From: Candidatus Omnitrophota bacterium
Lineage (GTDB): Bacteria > Omnitrophota > Omnitrophia > Omnitrophales > Aquincolibacteriaceae
DNA length: 64,000 nucleotides
Direction: 5' to 3'
Assembly: GCA_903856085.1 (NCBI GenBank)
Contig: CAIOAT010000029.1
Span: forward strand, 3,507 to 67,506
The position numbers and the translations under genes are program-made. The notes beneath the pieces are model-generated. The model searched no databases and had not been told where the DNA came from. It saw nothing but the letters and a program-made list of their open reading frames with translations. Positions 9,394-22,520 of this stretch are shown here, in pieces. The stretch's first letter is position 1, and each line of letters starts with the position of its first letter.

Positions 9394-10128
9394 TCACTGC
9401 CATTTTTTGAATTTTATTTTCCATGTGGCTATCGCCACCATTCTCATCAGTCGCAGGGAATGCCGCCATCGCTTGATCTGAGGAGCCCCATACGTCCTGC
9501 TTTTATACCGGACAGGGATCTCGGCGATTTTCAAACCCAACTTTGACGCGCCCATAAGAAGATCGAAATCACCCCATGGATCGGAATACCCGAAATACCC
9601 GCGCGATTGATGGATGCTTTGATAGTCAGAGCGGAACATGACTTTAACACCGCAAAGAACATCCGTAAAACGCTGGCCGAGCAACCAAGAAAGGAACAAC
9701 GCCGACAATTTGTTGCCGAAGAGATTCAAGAGCGGCATGGCGCCTTTTTCCATCGGCAGAACCAATCTGCTGCCGTTAATAAAATCCCCTTTGCCATCGC
9801 GCAAGGCTCTATAAAAAAGCTCTAGATCTTCGGGCATGACGGTCAGATCCGCGTCGAGAATCATCAGAATATCCCCGCTGGATTTGTCAAAACCCAGCCG
9901 CACAGCATCGTTTTTCCCCTCTCCGGTTTGGCGGAAAAGCTTGATGTCTTTGCCCGAATTCCCCCTGATCACGCGGGAACATTCCTCGTAGGTGCCATCG
10001 ACAGAATGCCCTTCCACAAATATCAGTTCCTGTCGCGTTCCGAACGAAGGAATATTTTTTACCGTTGTTTCGATGTTGCCTTTTTCATTCCGGCAGGGAA
10101 CAATAATCGAAACTGAACATTCCTCCAT
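9394..10128 (-). CDS. Family-2 glycosyltransferase (polyprenyl-phosphate glycosyltransferase / DPM1-like)
   Basis: The GT2 N-terminal signature is SIIVPCRNEKGNIETTV. ILDADL is a DxD-type motif. The 244-aa size is typical. Confidence 0.8.
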   Translation of the reverse strand: MEECSVSIIVPCRNEKGNIETTVKNIPSFGTRQELIFVEGHSVDGTYEECSRVIRGNSGKDIKLFRQTGEGKNDAVRLGFDKSSGDILMILDADLTVMPEDLELFYRALRDGKGDFINGSRLVLPMEKGAMPLLNLFGNKLSALFLSWLLGQRFTDVLCGVKVMFRSDYQSIHQSRGYFGYSDPWGDFDLLMGASKLGLKIAEIPVRYKSRTYGAPQIKRWRHSLRLMRMVAIATWKIKFKKWQ

Positions 10129-10171
10129 AAATAATGCGGTCGCCTTTATTTTAATTTGGCGGAAAAGATGG

Positions 10172-10262
10172 CGGAGAGGGCGAGATTCGAACTCGCGAGA
10201 CCTTGTGAGTCTACCCGCTTTCCAGGCGAGCGCACTAGACCAGGCTATGCGACCTCTCCATA
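10172..10262 (-). tRNA. tRNA-Ser (anticodon GGA), class II with encoded CCA.
   Basis: The minus strand reads GGAGAGGTCGCATAGCCTGGTCTAGTGCGCTCGCCTGGAAAGCGGGTAGACTCACAAGGTCTCGCGAGTTCGAATCTCGCCCTCTCCGCCA. The anticodon arm is CTCGC / loop CTGGAAA / GCGGG, giving anticodon GGA. The T-loop is GCGAG TTCGAAT CTCGC. The 5' half is near-identical to the tRNA at 7843..7936. Confidence 0.85.
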
Positions 10263-10433
10263 AATGAGCGCCTGACTTACGGCGCCAAAAGCGACGTCAA
10301 GTCAGCCGTGCGAATTTCTGCCGCGACCCCGCGGCCTGGCGGGCGAAACGGAGATTTTTGTGTTCCCCGCGCATAAAGCACGCTAGAGTTTATTTATTTC
10401 AGATAAAACAATCAAGGAATGAAAACGCCTCGC

Positions 10434-11705
10434 TTACGCCAGGTAAGGCTGCAGAGCTTTCGGAAAAAGAATCTGTCCGTTCGCATCCTGGAAATTTTCG
10501 AGGAGACAAAGAACGATCCTGGCGAGCGCTAACCCAGAGCCGTTGAGCGTATGAACGAATTCGAGTTTCTTGGTTTGGGCATTCCGGTAGCGGATATTCA
10601 TCCTCCGCGCCTGAAAATCCGTAAACAGGCTGCAGCTTGAAACCTCAAACCATTTCTGCGTCGCGGGCGCCCAGACCTCGAGATCAAAACACTTCGCAGC
10701 CGCGAAGCTCATGTCTCCGCTCCCGAGGAGTAAGACGCGATACGGAAGTTCCAGCGCTTGAAGGACTTCTTCGGCATCGTTCACGAGAGATTCGAGTTCC
10801 TTCTCCGAATTTTCCGGCTTTACAAACTTCACCATCTCGACTTTGTCGAATTGATGAACGCGCGAAAGCCCACGGGTGTCTTTCCCGTAAGAGCCTGCTT
10901 CCTTGCGAAAACACGGTGTGTATCCCGTGTATTTAACCGGGAGATCTTTTTCTTCGATCGTTTCGTCGCGCATCAAATTAGTGATCGGAACTTCCGCTGT
11001 CGGAATAAGAAAATAAGAACCCTTTTCTTCACCTTCCCCCGCCGCCAGGGCGTACATGTCCTCTTCCATTTTAGGGATCTGCCCAGTACCCCTCATGGAA
11101 GCGCGATTGACAATGGCTGGGGCCCAGACCTCCGTGTAGCCGTGTTTTTTAATATGCAGGTCGATCATGAAGTTGATCAAGGCCCGTTCAAGCTTGGCGC
11201 CTGCTCCAAAGTAGACTGGAAAGCCCGCCCCAGTGATCTTGCTTCCCTTTTCCATAGAGAACAGGCCTAGCTTGGAGGCTAGATCGAGGTGGTCTTTCGC
11301 CTTAAATTCATGCTTCCGGGGCTCGCCCCATGTCCGGACTACTTTATTGCCCTCTGCGCCCTTGCAAACAGGGACATCTTTCATTGGCAAATTAGGGATT
11401 GAAAGCATTATTTTATCTATTTTTTCTGATAATTCACCCACTTTTGAATCAAAATCTGCTATTTTTTGGGCTGCCGCCTTCATTTCTAATATAATGGAGT
11501 CTGCGGGGTGTCCCTGTTTCTTGAGGCGGGCAATCTCATCGCTGGCGGAATTCCTCTTTGCCTTAAGCTCCTCGCTTTGTTTCAGGAGGGTTCTCTTGTC
11601 CAAGTCAAGATCAAGGAGGGTTTGGATGCCGGCTGAAACCCCTTTGGCGTCAAGGCCTTGGGCGACTTGTTCGGGATTTTCACGGATGAACTTTAGGTCG
11701 AGCAT
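10434..11705 (-). CDS. serS: Seryl-tRNA synthetase
   Basis: It is 423 aa with an N-terminal coiled-coil arm followed by a class II aaRS core. It sits immediately upstream of tRNA-Ser(GGA). Confidence 0.95.
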   Translation of the reverse strand: MLDLKFIRENPEQVAQGLDAKGVSAGIQTLLDLDLDKRTLLKQSEELKAKRNSASDEIARLKKQGHPADSIILEMKAAAQKIADFDSKVGELSEKIDKIMLSIPNLPMKDVPVCKGAEGNKVVRTWGEPRKHEFKAKDHLDLASKLGLFSMEKGSKITGAGFPVYFGAGAKLERALINFMIDLHIKKHGYTEVWAPAIVNRASMRGTGQIPKMEEDMYALAAGEGEEKGSYFLIPTAEVPITNLMRDETIEEKDLPVKYTGYTPCFRKEAGSYGKDTRGLSRVHQFDKVEMVKFVKPENSEKELESLVNDAEEVLQALELPYRVLLLGSGDMSFAAAKCFDLEVWAPATQKWFEVSSCSLFTDFQARRMNIRYRNAQTKKLEFVHTLNGSGLALARIVLCLLENFQDANGQILFPKALQPYLA

Positions 11706-11718
11706 GACGCGTGGATTC

Positions 11719-14235
11719 CTATTTAGAACTTTTCTTCGCTTCCGCTTTGTCTTCCAACAGCTCCAGCTGACCTGAGTCAGCCTCTTCTTCTTTGGCGACT
11801 ACTCGCGTCGCGGAGGCGATCTTATCCTTTTCTTTGAGGCGCATGACATGAACGCCTACGGCATTACGCCCCGAGGTGCGGATCTGGCTAACGGGGCAAC
11901 GCACGACCATCCCGCTCGTCGTCACAATGATGATCTCGTCTTCTTCGGCAACGGTCAGAACGTTCACGACCTTACCGTTTTTCTCGGAAACCTTGATGTT
12001 AATGATGCCTTTGCCGCCACGGGATTGAATGCGATATTGGGCAAAAAGTGTTTTTTTGCCAAAACCGTTCTGTGTAACCGTGAGAGCCGTGGATTTTGGA
12101 TTCACGATCTCAGCCGCGATCACTTCATCCCCTTTGGCCAGATTCATGCCGCGGACCCCGGTCGCGTTGCGGCCCATTTCGCGCACGTTGTCTTCCTTGA
12201 ATCGGATCGCCTTGCCGTCACGCGTCGCGATGAAGATCTCGTCTTTGCCGGAGGTGATCTTGCAGGCCACAAGCTCATCTTTGTCGCGCAGCGTAATGGC
12301 GTTGATGCCGTTGGAGCGTGGCCGCGAATATTCGATGAGGTTGGTCTTTTTGATCACGCCCTTGGCCGTCACCATGAGCACGAACCGCTTGTCGTCAAAT
12401 TCTTTGACCTGTAAAAATCCTGAGACTTGCTCGTTCTGCGCGAGGGAAAGAAAGTTCACGATTGCTTTCCCCTTGGCTTGACGAGAAGCTTGGGGGATGT
12501 CATAGGCTTTGCGCCAGTACACGCGCCCCTGATTGGTGAAAAACATGATAAAGTCATGCGTCGAAGCGAGGAACAGATGCTCGATGAAATCCTCGTCGTC
12601 GCGAACGCCTGCGCCTGACACGCCGCTGCCGCCGCGATTTTGCCTGCGGTACATGCTGACCGGAATGCGCTTGATGTATCCTGCGTGCGAAATCGTGATG
12701 AGCACGTCTTCCTGCGCGATCAGATCTTCGATGTCGATATCCCCTTCCGCAGCAACGATCTGGGTCCTGCGTTCATCCCCGTATTTTTTAAGGATCTCCA
12801 TCGTTTCTTCTTTGATGATGTCGAGGACCTTCCGCCGGCTCTTCAGGACGGATCTGTAATATTCGATCTTTTTGATGAGCTCAAGATATTCCTCGTCAAT
12901 TTTGACGCGCTCTAGTTGGGTCAGACGTTGGAGCTGCAGCTCGAGAATCGCCTTAGCCTGGATCTCCGAGAGCTTGAGCTCTTTCATCAAACGTTCTTTG
13001 GCAAGCTCCGGACTCTTGGAGGTGCGGATGATCCGGATGACCTTGTCGATGTTCGCGATGGCTTTTTTCAAACCCTCAAGGATGTGTGCCCGCTTTTCCG
13101 CCTTATCGAGTTCGAACCTCGTCCGCCGCATGATGACCTCGACTCGAAAATCGATGAACCGCTCCAACATCTGCTTGAGCGTGAGGACGCGCGGTTGGCC
13201 GTCGACTAAAGCAAGCATGATGATTCCAAAGGTCGACCTCATCTGCGTGTGCTTGTAAAGATTGTTTAAAATAACCTGGGGGATGGTGTCTTTTTTGAGC
13301 TCGATCACAATGCGCATTCCGTCCCGATCCGATTCGTCGCGAAGATCCGAAACGCCTTCGATCTTTTTGTCTTCAACAAGCCGCACGATTGATTCGATCA
13401 GATTCGTTTTGTTCACCTGATAAGGGATCTCGGTGATGATGATAGCGTCTTTTTTGCTGCGTCCTGTCTCGATCGAGGCTTTCGCGCGCATGACCACCTG
13501 CCCTCGTCCGGTCTCATAGGCCCGCTTAATCCCTTCGCGGCCAACGATCAGCCCTGCGGTTGGAAAATCCGGTCCTGTGACGATCTTGGAAAGTTCTTTC
13601 ACGGTCACGTCGGGATTATCGATCGTCGCGAGGAGCGCCTTTGCGACCTCTGTCAAATTGTGTGGCGGTATATTGGTCGCCATGCCCACCGCAATCCCGC
13701 TCGACCCATTGATCAGAAGATTAGGAAGCTTGGAAGGAAGAATCGCGGGTTCGACAAGGGATTCATCGAAGTTCGGAACGAAATCTACCGTGTTTTTGTC
13801 GATGTCTGTCAGGAGTTCATTGCTCGCGCTTGAAAGCCGGGCCTCGGTATAACGCATGGCCGCGGCATTGTCTCCATCGATGGAGCCAAAGTTCCCCTGT
13901 CCTTCCACGAGCGGATAACGAAGCGAGAAATCCTGCGCCATGCGAACCATGGACTCATAAACCGCGGTGTCCCCATGCGGATGGTATTTGCCGAGCACTT
14001 CTCCGACGATACGGGCGGATTTTTTATAAGCCTTGCTGTGCGTGAGCCCGAGCTCGTTCATGGCGAACAAAATGCGGCGATGGACAGGCTTCAACCCGTC
14101 GCGAACGTCCGGAAGCGCGCGCCCGACAATGACCGACATTGCATAATCGATGTAGGAGTCTTTCATCTCCTCTTCGATGGGTCGAAGGATGATCTTTTCA
14201 TTCATTGCGTATAAATTTTTTTGTTCTTCCGCCAT
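11719..14235 (-). CDS. gyrA: DNA gyrase subunit A
   Basis: It is 838 aa. The QRDR region reads [24 protein letters not shown] is present, and there are C-terminal beta-pinwheel repeats. Confidence 0.97.
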   Translation of the reverse strand: MAEEQKNLYAMNEKIILRPIEEEMKDSYIDYAMSVIVGRALPDVRDGLKPVHRRILFAMNELGLTHSKAYKKSARIVGEVLGKYHPHGDTAVYESMVRMAQDFSLRYPLVEGQGNFGSIDGDNAAAMRYTEARLSSASNELLTDIDKNTVDFVPNFDESLVEPAILPSKLPNLLINGSSGIAVGMATNIPPHNLTEVAKALLATIDNPDVTVKELSKIVTGPDFPTAGLIVGREGIKRAYETGRGQVVMRAKASIETGRSKKDAIIITEIPYQVNKTNLIESIVRLVEDKKIEGVSDLRDESDRDGMRIVIELKKDTIPQVILNNLYKHTQMRSTFGIIMLALVDGQPRVLTLKQMLERFIDFRVEVIMRRTRFELDKAEKRAHILEGLKKAIANIDKVIRIIRTSKSPELAKERLMKELKLSEIQAKAILELQLQRLTQLERVKIDEEYLELIKKIEYYRSVLKSRRKVLDIIKEETMEILKKYGDERRTQIVAAEGDIDIEDLIAQEDVLITISHAGYIKRIPVSMYRRQNRGGSGVSGAGVRDDEDFIEHLFLASTHDFIMFFTNQGRVYWRKAYDIPQASRQAKGKAIVNFLSLAQNEQVSGFLQVKEFDDKRFVLMVTAKGVIKKTNLIEYSRPRSNGINAITLRDKDELVACKITSGKDEIFIATRDGKAIRFKEDNVREMGRNATGVRGMNLAKGDEVIAAEIVNPKSTALTVTQNGFGKKTLFAQYRIQSRGGKGIINIKVSEKNGKVVNVLTVAEEDEIIIVTTSGMVVRCPVSQIRTSGRNAVGVHVMRLKEKDKIASATRVVAKEEEADSGQLELLEDKAEAKKSSK

Positions 14236-14283
14236 GATAGCTTTCCTTTAATGAGCCCCGCCGCTTTGCGAAAACGGGACGAA

Positions 14284-17122
<2,839 letters not shown>

Positions 17123-17155
17123 GAAGAACCGTTCTATTATCGTCCTTTTTCCCGG

Positions 17156-18256
17156 CTAGTTAAGCTGCATCGGCATGATCACGTAAAGATATCCTTCGCG
17201 CCCCTTGATCAGCCCCGGCTTGTCTGGGCTTGTTAAAGAAATACTAATATTTTCATCGGAAAGGTTTTTCAAGACATCTAAAAAATATCCCGGGTTGAAA
17301 CCGATGGTTATTTCCTCTCCCTTAAAATCGGCCGAAAGCTCTTCTTTCGCCTCTCCCATGTTTGGGGTTTTGGCGGAAATAATGATTTTGTTTTTTATAA
17401 AATCAAATTTGAGCGCGGGAGCTTCTGGGGAGGTTAAAAGCGCCGCTCGCCGAACTGCTTGCAAAAATTCTTCCCGGTTCGCGTGAACCAGAGTTTTTTC
17501 TTCTTTAGGGATCACCTGATCGTAGTTTGGAAAATTTCCTTCAATAAGACTGGAGGTGAGAAAGGTGTCCTCGAGAGAAAAAATGACTTTGTTTTGCGTG
17601 TGAATGATTTTTACCACCCCCTCCCATCCTAAAAGCTTTAAAAGCTCGTGGATGGTTTTCGCGGGAATAATCATCTCCATACTTTTACTGTTTTTTTGTT
17701 TCGTCTCTTTTTTATAAAAAGCCAGCCTTCTCCCATCTGTTGCCACAAAACGTATATTGTTCCCCTGTATAGAGAGAAGCACTCCGTTTAAAACATACCT
17801 CGTTTCGTCATGGGAAATTGCAAAAGAGGTTAGCAAAAGACTTTCCTTTATAACCGCTTGCTCTATCTCGATCGCGTCCTCGAGAGAAAAATCGGGTAGT
17901 TTAGGGTATTCCTCTTTATCCAAACCCATGATTTTAAAATTAGATTTTCCTGCTTTAATATTAACAGTGTTGTTTTTGGTAACGTTTATTTCCACAAGTC
18001 CTTCGGGAAGCTCTTTTATAATATCAAAAAACTTTCTCGCGGGAACGGTGATGCTTCCGCTCTGTAGAATCTCCACTGGTAATAGTGTGGAGATCCCCAC
18101 TTCCATATCAGTAGCAATAATTTTAAGCTTTCCGTCTTTTTGAGTTTCCAGGAGAAGATTGTTTAATATGGGGAGGGTGCTTGGTTTTGATGCGGCAATA
18201 TTTACTCCCAAAGTGATTTTTTTTAACAATTCGCTCTTTTGCACTTTAATTTCCAT
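17156..18256 (-). CDS. dnaN: DNA polymerase III beta sliding clamp
   Basis: It is 366 aa with three-domain beta-clamp architecture, directly downstream of dnaA. Confidence 0.95.
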   Translation of the reverse strand: MEIKVQKSELLKKITLGVNIAASKPSTLPILNNLLLETQKDGKLKIIATDMEVGISTLLPVEILQSGSITVPARKFFDIIKELPEGLVEINVTKNNTVNIKAGKSNFKIMGLDKEEYPKLPDFSLEDAIEIEQAVIKESLLLTSFAISHDETRYVLNGVLLSIQGNNIRFVATDGRRLAFYKKETKQKNSKSMEMIIPAKTIHELLKLLGWEGVVKIIHTQNKVIFSLEDTFLTSSLIEGNFPNYDQVIPKEEKTLVHANREEFLQAVRRAALLTSPEAPALKFDFIKNKIIISAKTPNMGEAKEELSADFKGEEITIGFNPGYFLDVLKNLSDENISISLTSPDKPGLIKGREGYLYVIMPMQLN

Positions 18257-18320
18257 AAAAGCTCCTTCTTCTTTTATTCTATATTAAAAACAGAAGTCTT
18301 AGTAATAAGACCTGTGAATT

Positions 18321-18383
18321 TGTGGATATCCTACACAACTATTTTAAAAAGAACGAGATATAAAAAAGTTTTTTTGTGGAAAA
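18321..18383. promoter_or_regulatory. DnaA-box cluster in the dnaA-dnaN intergenic region (candidate oriC half).
   Basis: TGTGGATAT at 18321-18329 and TGTGGAAAA at 18375-18383 each differ from the TGTGGATAA consensus by one base. They lie in an AT-rich spacer. Confidence 0.5.
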
Positions 18384-18388
18384 CGCCA

Positions 18389-19747
18389 CTACTTTTTTAA
18401 CAGCCCCGTTAACTTATCCAACAAGCTTCGCACCCCAACATCTTTATCTCTTTCTCCCGCGATTTTATTACAAGAGTGAAGAACAGTGGTGTGGTCTTTC
18501 CCTCCAAAAAATTCTCCAATCTCAGGAAAAGAGTGCGTTGTTAGTTCCCGGACCAGATACATCGCTATCTGTCGTGGACGCACAATAGAAACAGTCCTTT
18601 TTTTTGCCCGGAGATCTGAAACCTTTAAATTAAAATAGTCCGCCACCACCTTTTGAATGCCTTCTATGGTAAATTTTTGAGCTTCTTCTTTGAAAGAATC
18701 TTTCAATATCTCTTGAGCGAGGCGAACATCTACTTTGGAGTCGGTAAGAGTGCAATAAGCCACAACGCGGATAAGAGCGCCCTCCAATTCCCGGATATTC
18801 GACTTGATTTTTCCCGCAATAAAATACGACACATCATCAGGCACCACAACGGTTTCCAGCTCCATCTTCTTCTTTAAAATCGCGACGCGAGTTTCAAAAT
18901 CCGGCGGCTGGATGTCTGTGACAAGACCCCAGCCAAAACGAGAAACAAGCCGCTCTTCCAATCCCGGGATCTCACGGGGAGGCCGGTCGCTTGTGACAAC
19001 GATCTGCTTGTGAGCGTCGTAAAGAGTATTGAAGGTATTAAAGAACTCTTCCTGGGTAGAATTTTTTTCTGCTATAAAATGAACATCGTCGATTAGCAAA
19101 AGATCAAGGGTGCGATATTTTGCTCGGAACTGAGGGGTTGATTTTGTTTGAATGGCCGTGATCAGCTGATTGGTGAACTTTTCACTGGAAATGTACAGGA
19201 TCTTAAACTCCGGATGGCGCCTTTTCATCTCGTGGGCGATGGATTGTAAGAGATGGGTTTTTCCAAGACCCGTTGGGCCGTAAATAAAGAGAGGGTTGTA
19301 CTGTTTGGCCGGAGATTCGCTGACGGCGACGGAAGCCGCATGGGCAAAGCGGTTCCCTGGGCCGATCACAAAAGCATCAAAGGTGTATTTTTGATTCAAT
19401 CCCACGAGGACCTCATCCCTTTCTTTTGTCGGGGAAGAAATAGGCAGTGAGGGCGCAGCCTTGGGGAGCTCGACTACTTGATAGAGAATTTTCAAGGGGC
19501 GCCCGAGAACTTCTTCAGCAGAAGCAAGAATAAGGTTCTGATAGTGGTCTTCAAGCCATTTCCCATAGTATTGATCAGGGACGCTCAAGGTGAGAGCTTC
19601 AGCAGAAACGTCCAGGAGAGAAATGGGCTCAAACCAAGTTTTAAAAGACCGCTCGCTTAATTCCCGCGAGAGAAGAGAGCAAATTTTTTTCCAAAGGTCC
19701 GCCGGGGAGGTACCAGGGAGCGAAGAAAGGGGCTGATTTACTGACAT
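18389..19747 (-). CDS. dnaA: Chromosomal replication initiator protein DnaA
   Basis: It is 452 aa. The AAA+ Walker A is GPTGLGKTHLL. The C-terminal DNA-binding domain carries FGGKDHTTVLHSCNKI. Confidence 0.97.
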   Translation of the reverse strand: MSVNQPLSSLPGTSPADLWKKICSLLSRELSERSFKTWFEPISLLDVSAEALTLSVPDQYYGKWLEDHYQNLILASAEEVLGRPLKILYQVVELPKAAPSLPISSPTKERDEVLVGLNQKYTFDAFVIGPGNRFAHAASVAVSESPAKQYNPLFIYGPTGLGKTHLLQSIAHEMKRRHPEFKILYISSEKFTNQLITAIQTKSTPQFRAKYRTLDLLLIDDVHFIAEKNSTQEEFFNTFNTLYDAHKQIVVTSDRPPREIPGLEERLVSRFGWGLVTDIQPPDFETRVAILKKKMELETVVVPDDVSYFIAGKIKSNIRELEGALIRVVAYCTLTDSKVDVRLAQEILKDSFKEEAQKFTIEGIQKVVADYFNLKVSDLRAKKRTVSIVRPRQIAMYLVRELTTHSFPEIGEFFGGKDHTTVLHSCNKIAGERDKDVGVRSLLDKLTGLLKK

Positions 19748-20084
19748 AAGGACTCTTTTATAGTTATAAACAGGTTATTAATAAGAAAAAATTTATTATT
19801 TCCAATAATGTATTCTAATGAGATAAAATTACTTAAAATCAATAAATAGCTTATAAACATGTTTTCAACAGCGAAAAACAGGCCAAAATAAACGTTCGCT
19901 CCCAGACAAGGGGCGAACGCAACTCACAAGAGAGGTCATTCTACAGCAAAAAAATATTTTGTCCACGGGCAAAAAAAATTTTAACAAAAGAAAAGGTGAG
20001 AAAAGAAAAAGGGGAAAAGTTTTTTTGCCAGATCAAAATAAAACGCTGGATATTACCAGCGAACTTCACTATAATTCACGCCTC
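19748..20084. promoter_or_regulatory. Candidate oriC / DNA-unwinding element between divergent dnaA and rpmH.
   Basis: A very AT-rich tract runs about 19760-19860. The DnaA-box-like 9-mer TTATAAACA occurs twice, at 19764-19772 and 19851-19859, and TTGTCCACG occurs near 19958. Gene orientation switches here: everything from 608 to 19747 is on the minus strand, and everything from 20085 to 60646 is on the plus strand. Confidence 0.55.
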
Positions 20085-20222
20085 ATGAAAAGAACATACC
20101 AGCCTTCCAAAAGAAAACGTCGTAACAAGCACGGCTTTCTTGCCCGCACGCGGACTGCCGGAGGACGGAAAGTCCTCGCGCGCCGCCGGAAAAAGGGCCG
20201 GAAAAAGCTGACCCAAGTCTAA
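20085..20222 (+). CDS. rpmH: 50S ribosomal protein L34
   Basis: The product is [45 protein letters not shown], 45 aa. It uses the internal start of track ORF 19959..20222. TATAAT at 20070-20075 lies 10 nt upstream. Confidence 0.9.
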   Translation: MKRTYQPSKRKRRNKHGFLARTRTAGGRKVLARRRKKGRKKLTQV

Positions 20223-20225
20223 GCG

Positions 20226-20603
20226 TTGGAGCCAAAGAAGCGGCTCGGCGCGGAGCAGCGGATCCGCCGGCAAACGACCTTCAAATATCTCGTCGAGAGA
20301 GGACAATTCGCTCGAGGAGAGTTTTTTTATTTGTGGGTCGGCAAGCATGACGACAAAGAACGCACGGCTCTGAAACAAAAGCCCATGATCGGGATCGTGG
20401 TGAGCCGCAAAACGGATCCGACCGCAGTGGGACGGAACCTTTGGAAGCGCCGTGTCCGGGAGATTTTCCGGGAGAAGCAAGCGCAACTTCACCCAAAAGC
20501 GGTTTGTCTGGTGAAAGTTCGCCACACACAAAAGAAACCTTCTTTTTCGGCCGCGGAAGAAGACCTCGTCAAGCTTTTCAAAAAGGCAGGAGCCTGGGCG
20601 TGA
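20226..20603 (+). CDS. rnpA: Ribonuclease P protein component
   Basis: It is small and basic, in the conserved rpmH-rnpA-yidD-yidC order. RNR(L/I)RR-like IRRQ is near the N-terminus. Confidence 0.85.
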   Translation: MEPKKRLGAEQRIRRQTTFKYLVERGQFARGEFFYLWVGKHDDKERTALKQKPMIGIVVSRKTDPTAVGRNLWKRRVREIFREKQAQLHPKAVCLVKVRHTQKKPSFSAAEEDLVKLFKKAGAWA

Positions 20604-20809
20604 AATATTTCCTGATCCTCGCAATCCGTTTTTATCGCGCTTGCGTTGCGCCGCTTTGGGGTCCCTGTTGTCGCTTTACTCCGAGCTGTTCCGCTTATGC
20701 GGAAGAAGCGATGAGAAAAAAAGGCGCCCTTTCCGGCATGCGCCTTGCGTTCCTGAGGCTTTGCAAATGTCACCCCTTTCACCCCGGCGGATTCGACCCC
20801 GTTCAATAA
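20600..20809 (+). CDS. yidD: Membrane protein insertion efficiency factor YidD
   Basis: A GTG start overlaps the rnpA stop. The product is MKYFLILAIRFYRACVAPLWGPCCRFTPSCSAYAEEAMRKKGALSGMRLAFLRLCKCHPFHPGGFDP, which carries the YidD cysteine pattern. Confidence 0.85.
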   Translation: MKYFLILAIRFYRACVAPLWGPCCRFTPSCSAYAEEAMRKKGALSGMRLAFLRLCKCHPFHPGGFDPVQ

Positions 20810-20817
20810 GGAAAAAT

Positions 20818-22443
20818 ATGGATAAAAACACCGTTAAAGCAATCGTTCTCGCCATGATGGTCATGTTGCTTTACCCCATGCTTCTTAAGAAATTCTATCC
20901 CGCAGCATACCAGAAACAGCCCGCGAAGACGGCGGTCTCTCAGAGCGCGCCCGCCCCCCTGAAGGCAGAAACAGCTCTTGCGGCGTCCGAAGGGACGGCG
21001 CTGGAAAAGGCGGGAGCCCCGGCGGTCGTGTTTTTCGAGAACTCGTTTTACAAAGTGGAATTCTCCACGCTGGGCGGCACGATCACAGAGCTTTCTTTTC
21101 TGGGAGAGAAAGACCGCCAAGCTTTTACAAAAACAGACTTTTTTTTAGGCGATCCCCGCGAGTCCGGAATTTTTGGGGTGAGCTTTCTTCATGAGAACGC
21201 AGACCTTGCGGAAACAATCTTTAAAATGGTTCGCAAAGGTGAGAGCGTGGAGTTTTCCTATGAGATGCCCGGGGAATATCAACTGAGCAAAACCTATGTG
21301 TTTCGCGAAAACAGACCCGCGATCGATCTCATTGTCCGGATCAAGAATCTTTCCGGCCGCGAAAAACATTTTCCGGTTACGCTGAATTATGGAATGAGTT
21401 ACGAAGAGGGCTACCAGAAAAAATATGGATATTACGACGCGGTGGTCTCTTCCGACAAACTTCAGACCAAAGGGTTAGCCGGGATCAAGAGAAAAGGCTT
21501 TTTCTTCCCCGAACCAACCGCGTGGGCTGGTTTTATTAAAAAGTATTTCGCGCTGCTCGTGAAACCGGACGGAAAGATCATTGAGGGAAGCGCCAGGGTT
21601 GATAAGAAAAATCTTTGGGGGCAAATGACGCTGGAGCCTTTGACGGTGCCCGCGGGAGGAGAAGGCGAGCGAAGCTTTTTGATTTATGCCGGGCCGCAGC
21701 GCTCCGGGGTGCTTAAAAGTTTTGGGGCGGGTTTTGAAGAAGTTTTATCCCGAGGCTTCTTCGGGCTTTTTAAGACGGGGATTCTGACGGCGCTGAAATT
21801 TTTTAACCGATACACACATAATTTCGGATGGGCGCTTGTGCTCCTGACCTTTCTCATCAAACTGCTTTTTGCGCCGCTCACACATTTGAGCTATGCGAGC
21901 ATGAAAAAAATGCAAACCTTGGCGCCGAAGATGAAGTCAATCCAGGAACATCACAAAAAAGATCCCGCGAAATCCCAGCAAGAGATCATGGCGCTTTACC
22001 GGCGCAACAAAGTGAATCCGATGATGGGATGTCTTCCCATGCTGATCCAGATACCGGTTTTTATGGCCATGTTTAAACTTCTGCCCGAGGCGATCGAGCT
22101 TCATGGGGCTCCGTTCATCGGCTGGATCAAGGACCTTTCCGCTCCGGACCATTTTATGACACTCCCCTTCACCGTTCCTTTTCTGGGCTGGACCTCGCTT
22201 AACATTCTGCCGATCCTGATGGCCGGATCGCAGGTTTGGTATCAGAGGCTCATGCCGGCGCAACCGGGCTCGAGCCCTGAACAGAAGAGCATCATGAATA
22301 TTATGCCCATCTTTTTCGGGTTCATTTGTTACAACATGCCCGCAGGGCTCACGCTTTATTGGACCCTGCAGAACGTCTTTTCGATCATCCAGCAGACGTT
22401 CATTAATCGTATCGTGATCGTTCTGCACCACGAAGATCAATAA
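20818..22443 (+). CDS. yidC: Membrane protein insertase YidC
   Basis: The start is MDKNTVKAIVLAMMV, preceded by AAGGAAAAAT. It has a periplasmic domain plus the 5-TM core, with GCLPMLIQIPVFMAMF and LYWTLQNVFSIIQQ. Confidence 0.9.
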   Translation: MDKNTVKAIVLAMMVMLLYPMLLKKFYPAAYQKQPAKTAVSQSAPAPLKAETALAASEGTALEKAGAPAVVFFENSFYKVEFSTLGGTITELSFLGEKDRQAFTKTDFFLGDPRESGIFGVSFLHENADLAETIFKMVRKGESVEFSYEMPGEYQLSKTYVFRENRPAIDLIVRIKNLSGREKHFPVTLNYGMSYEEGYQKKYGYYDAVVSSDKLQTKGLAGIKRKGFFFPEPTAWAGFIKKYFALLVKPDGKIIEGSARVDKKNLWGQMTLEPLTVPAGGEGERSFLIYAGPQRSGVLKSFGAGFEEVLSRGFFGLFKTGILTALKFFNRYTHNFGWALVLLTFLIKLLFAPLTHLSYASMKKMQTLAPKMKSIQEHHKKDPAKSQQEIMALYRRNKVNPMMGCLPMLIQIPVFMAMFKLLPEAIELHGAPFIGWIKDLSAPDHFMTLPFTVPFLGWTSLNILPILMAGSQVWYQRLMPAQPGSSPEQKSIMNIMPIFFGFICYNMPAGLTLYWTLQNVFSIIQQTFINRIVIVLHHEDQ

Positions 22444-22520
22444 ATAACTCGGGGAACGTTCATCGGGGAACGGCAAACGGTAAGCGTTCTCCGTTCTACG
22501 TTTCCCGTTTCCCGGGAAAA

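Noticed and set aside
10434-11705. T-box leader expected upstream of serS
   Set aside because: serS starts 13 nt after the gyrA stop, so there is no room for a T-box. serS appears to be read through from the dnaA-gyrBA operon.
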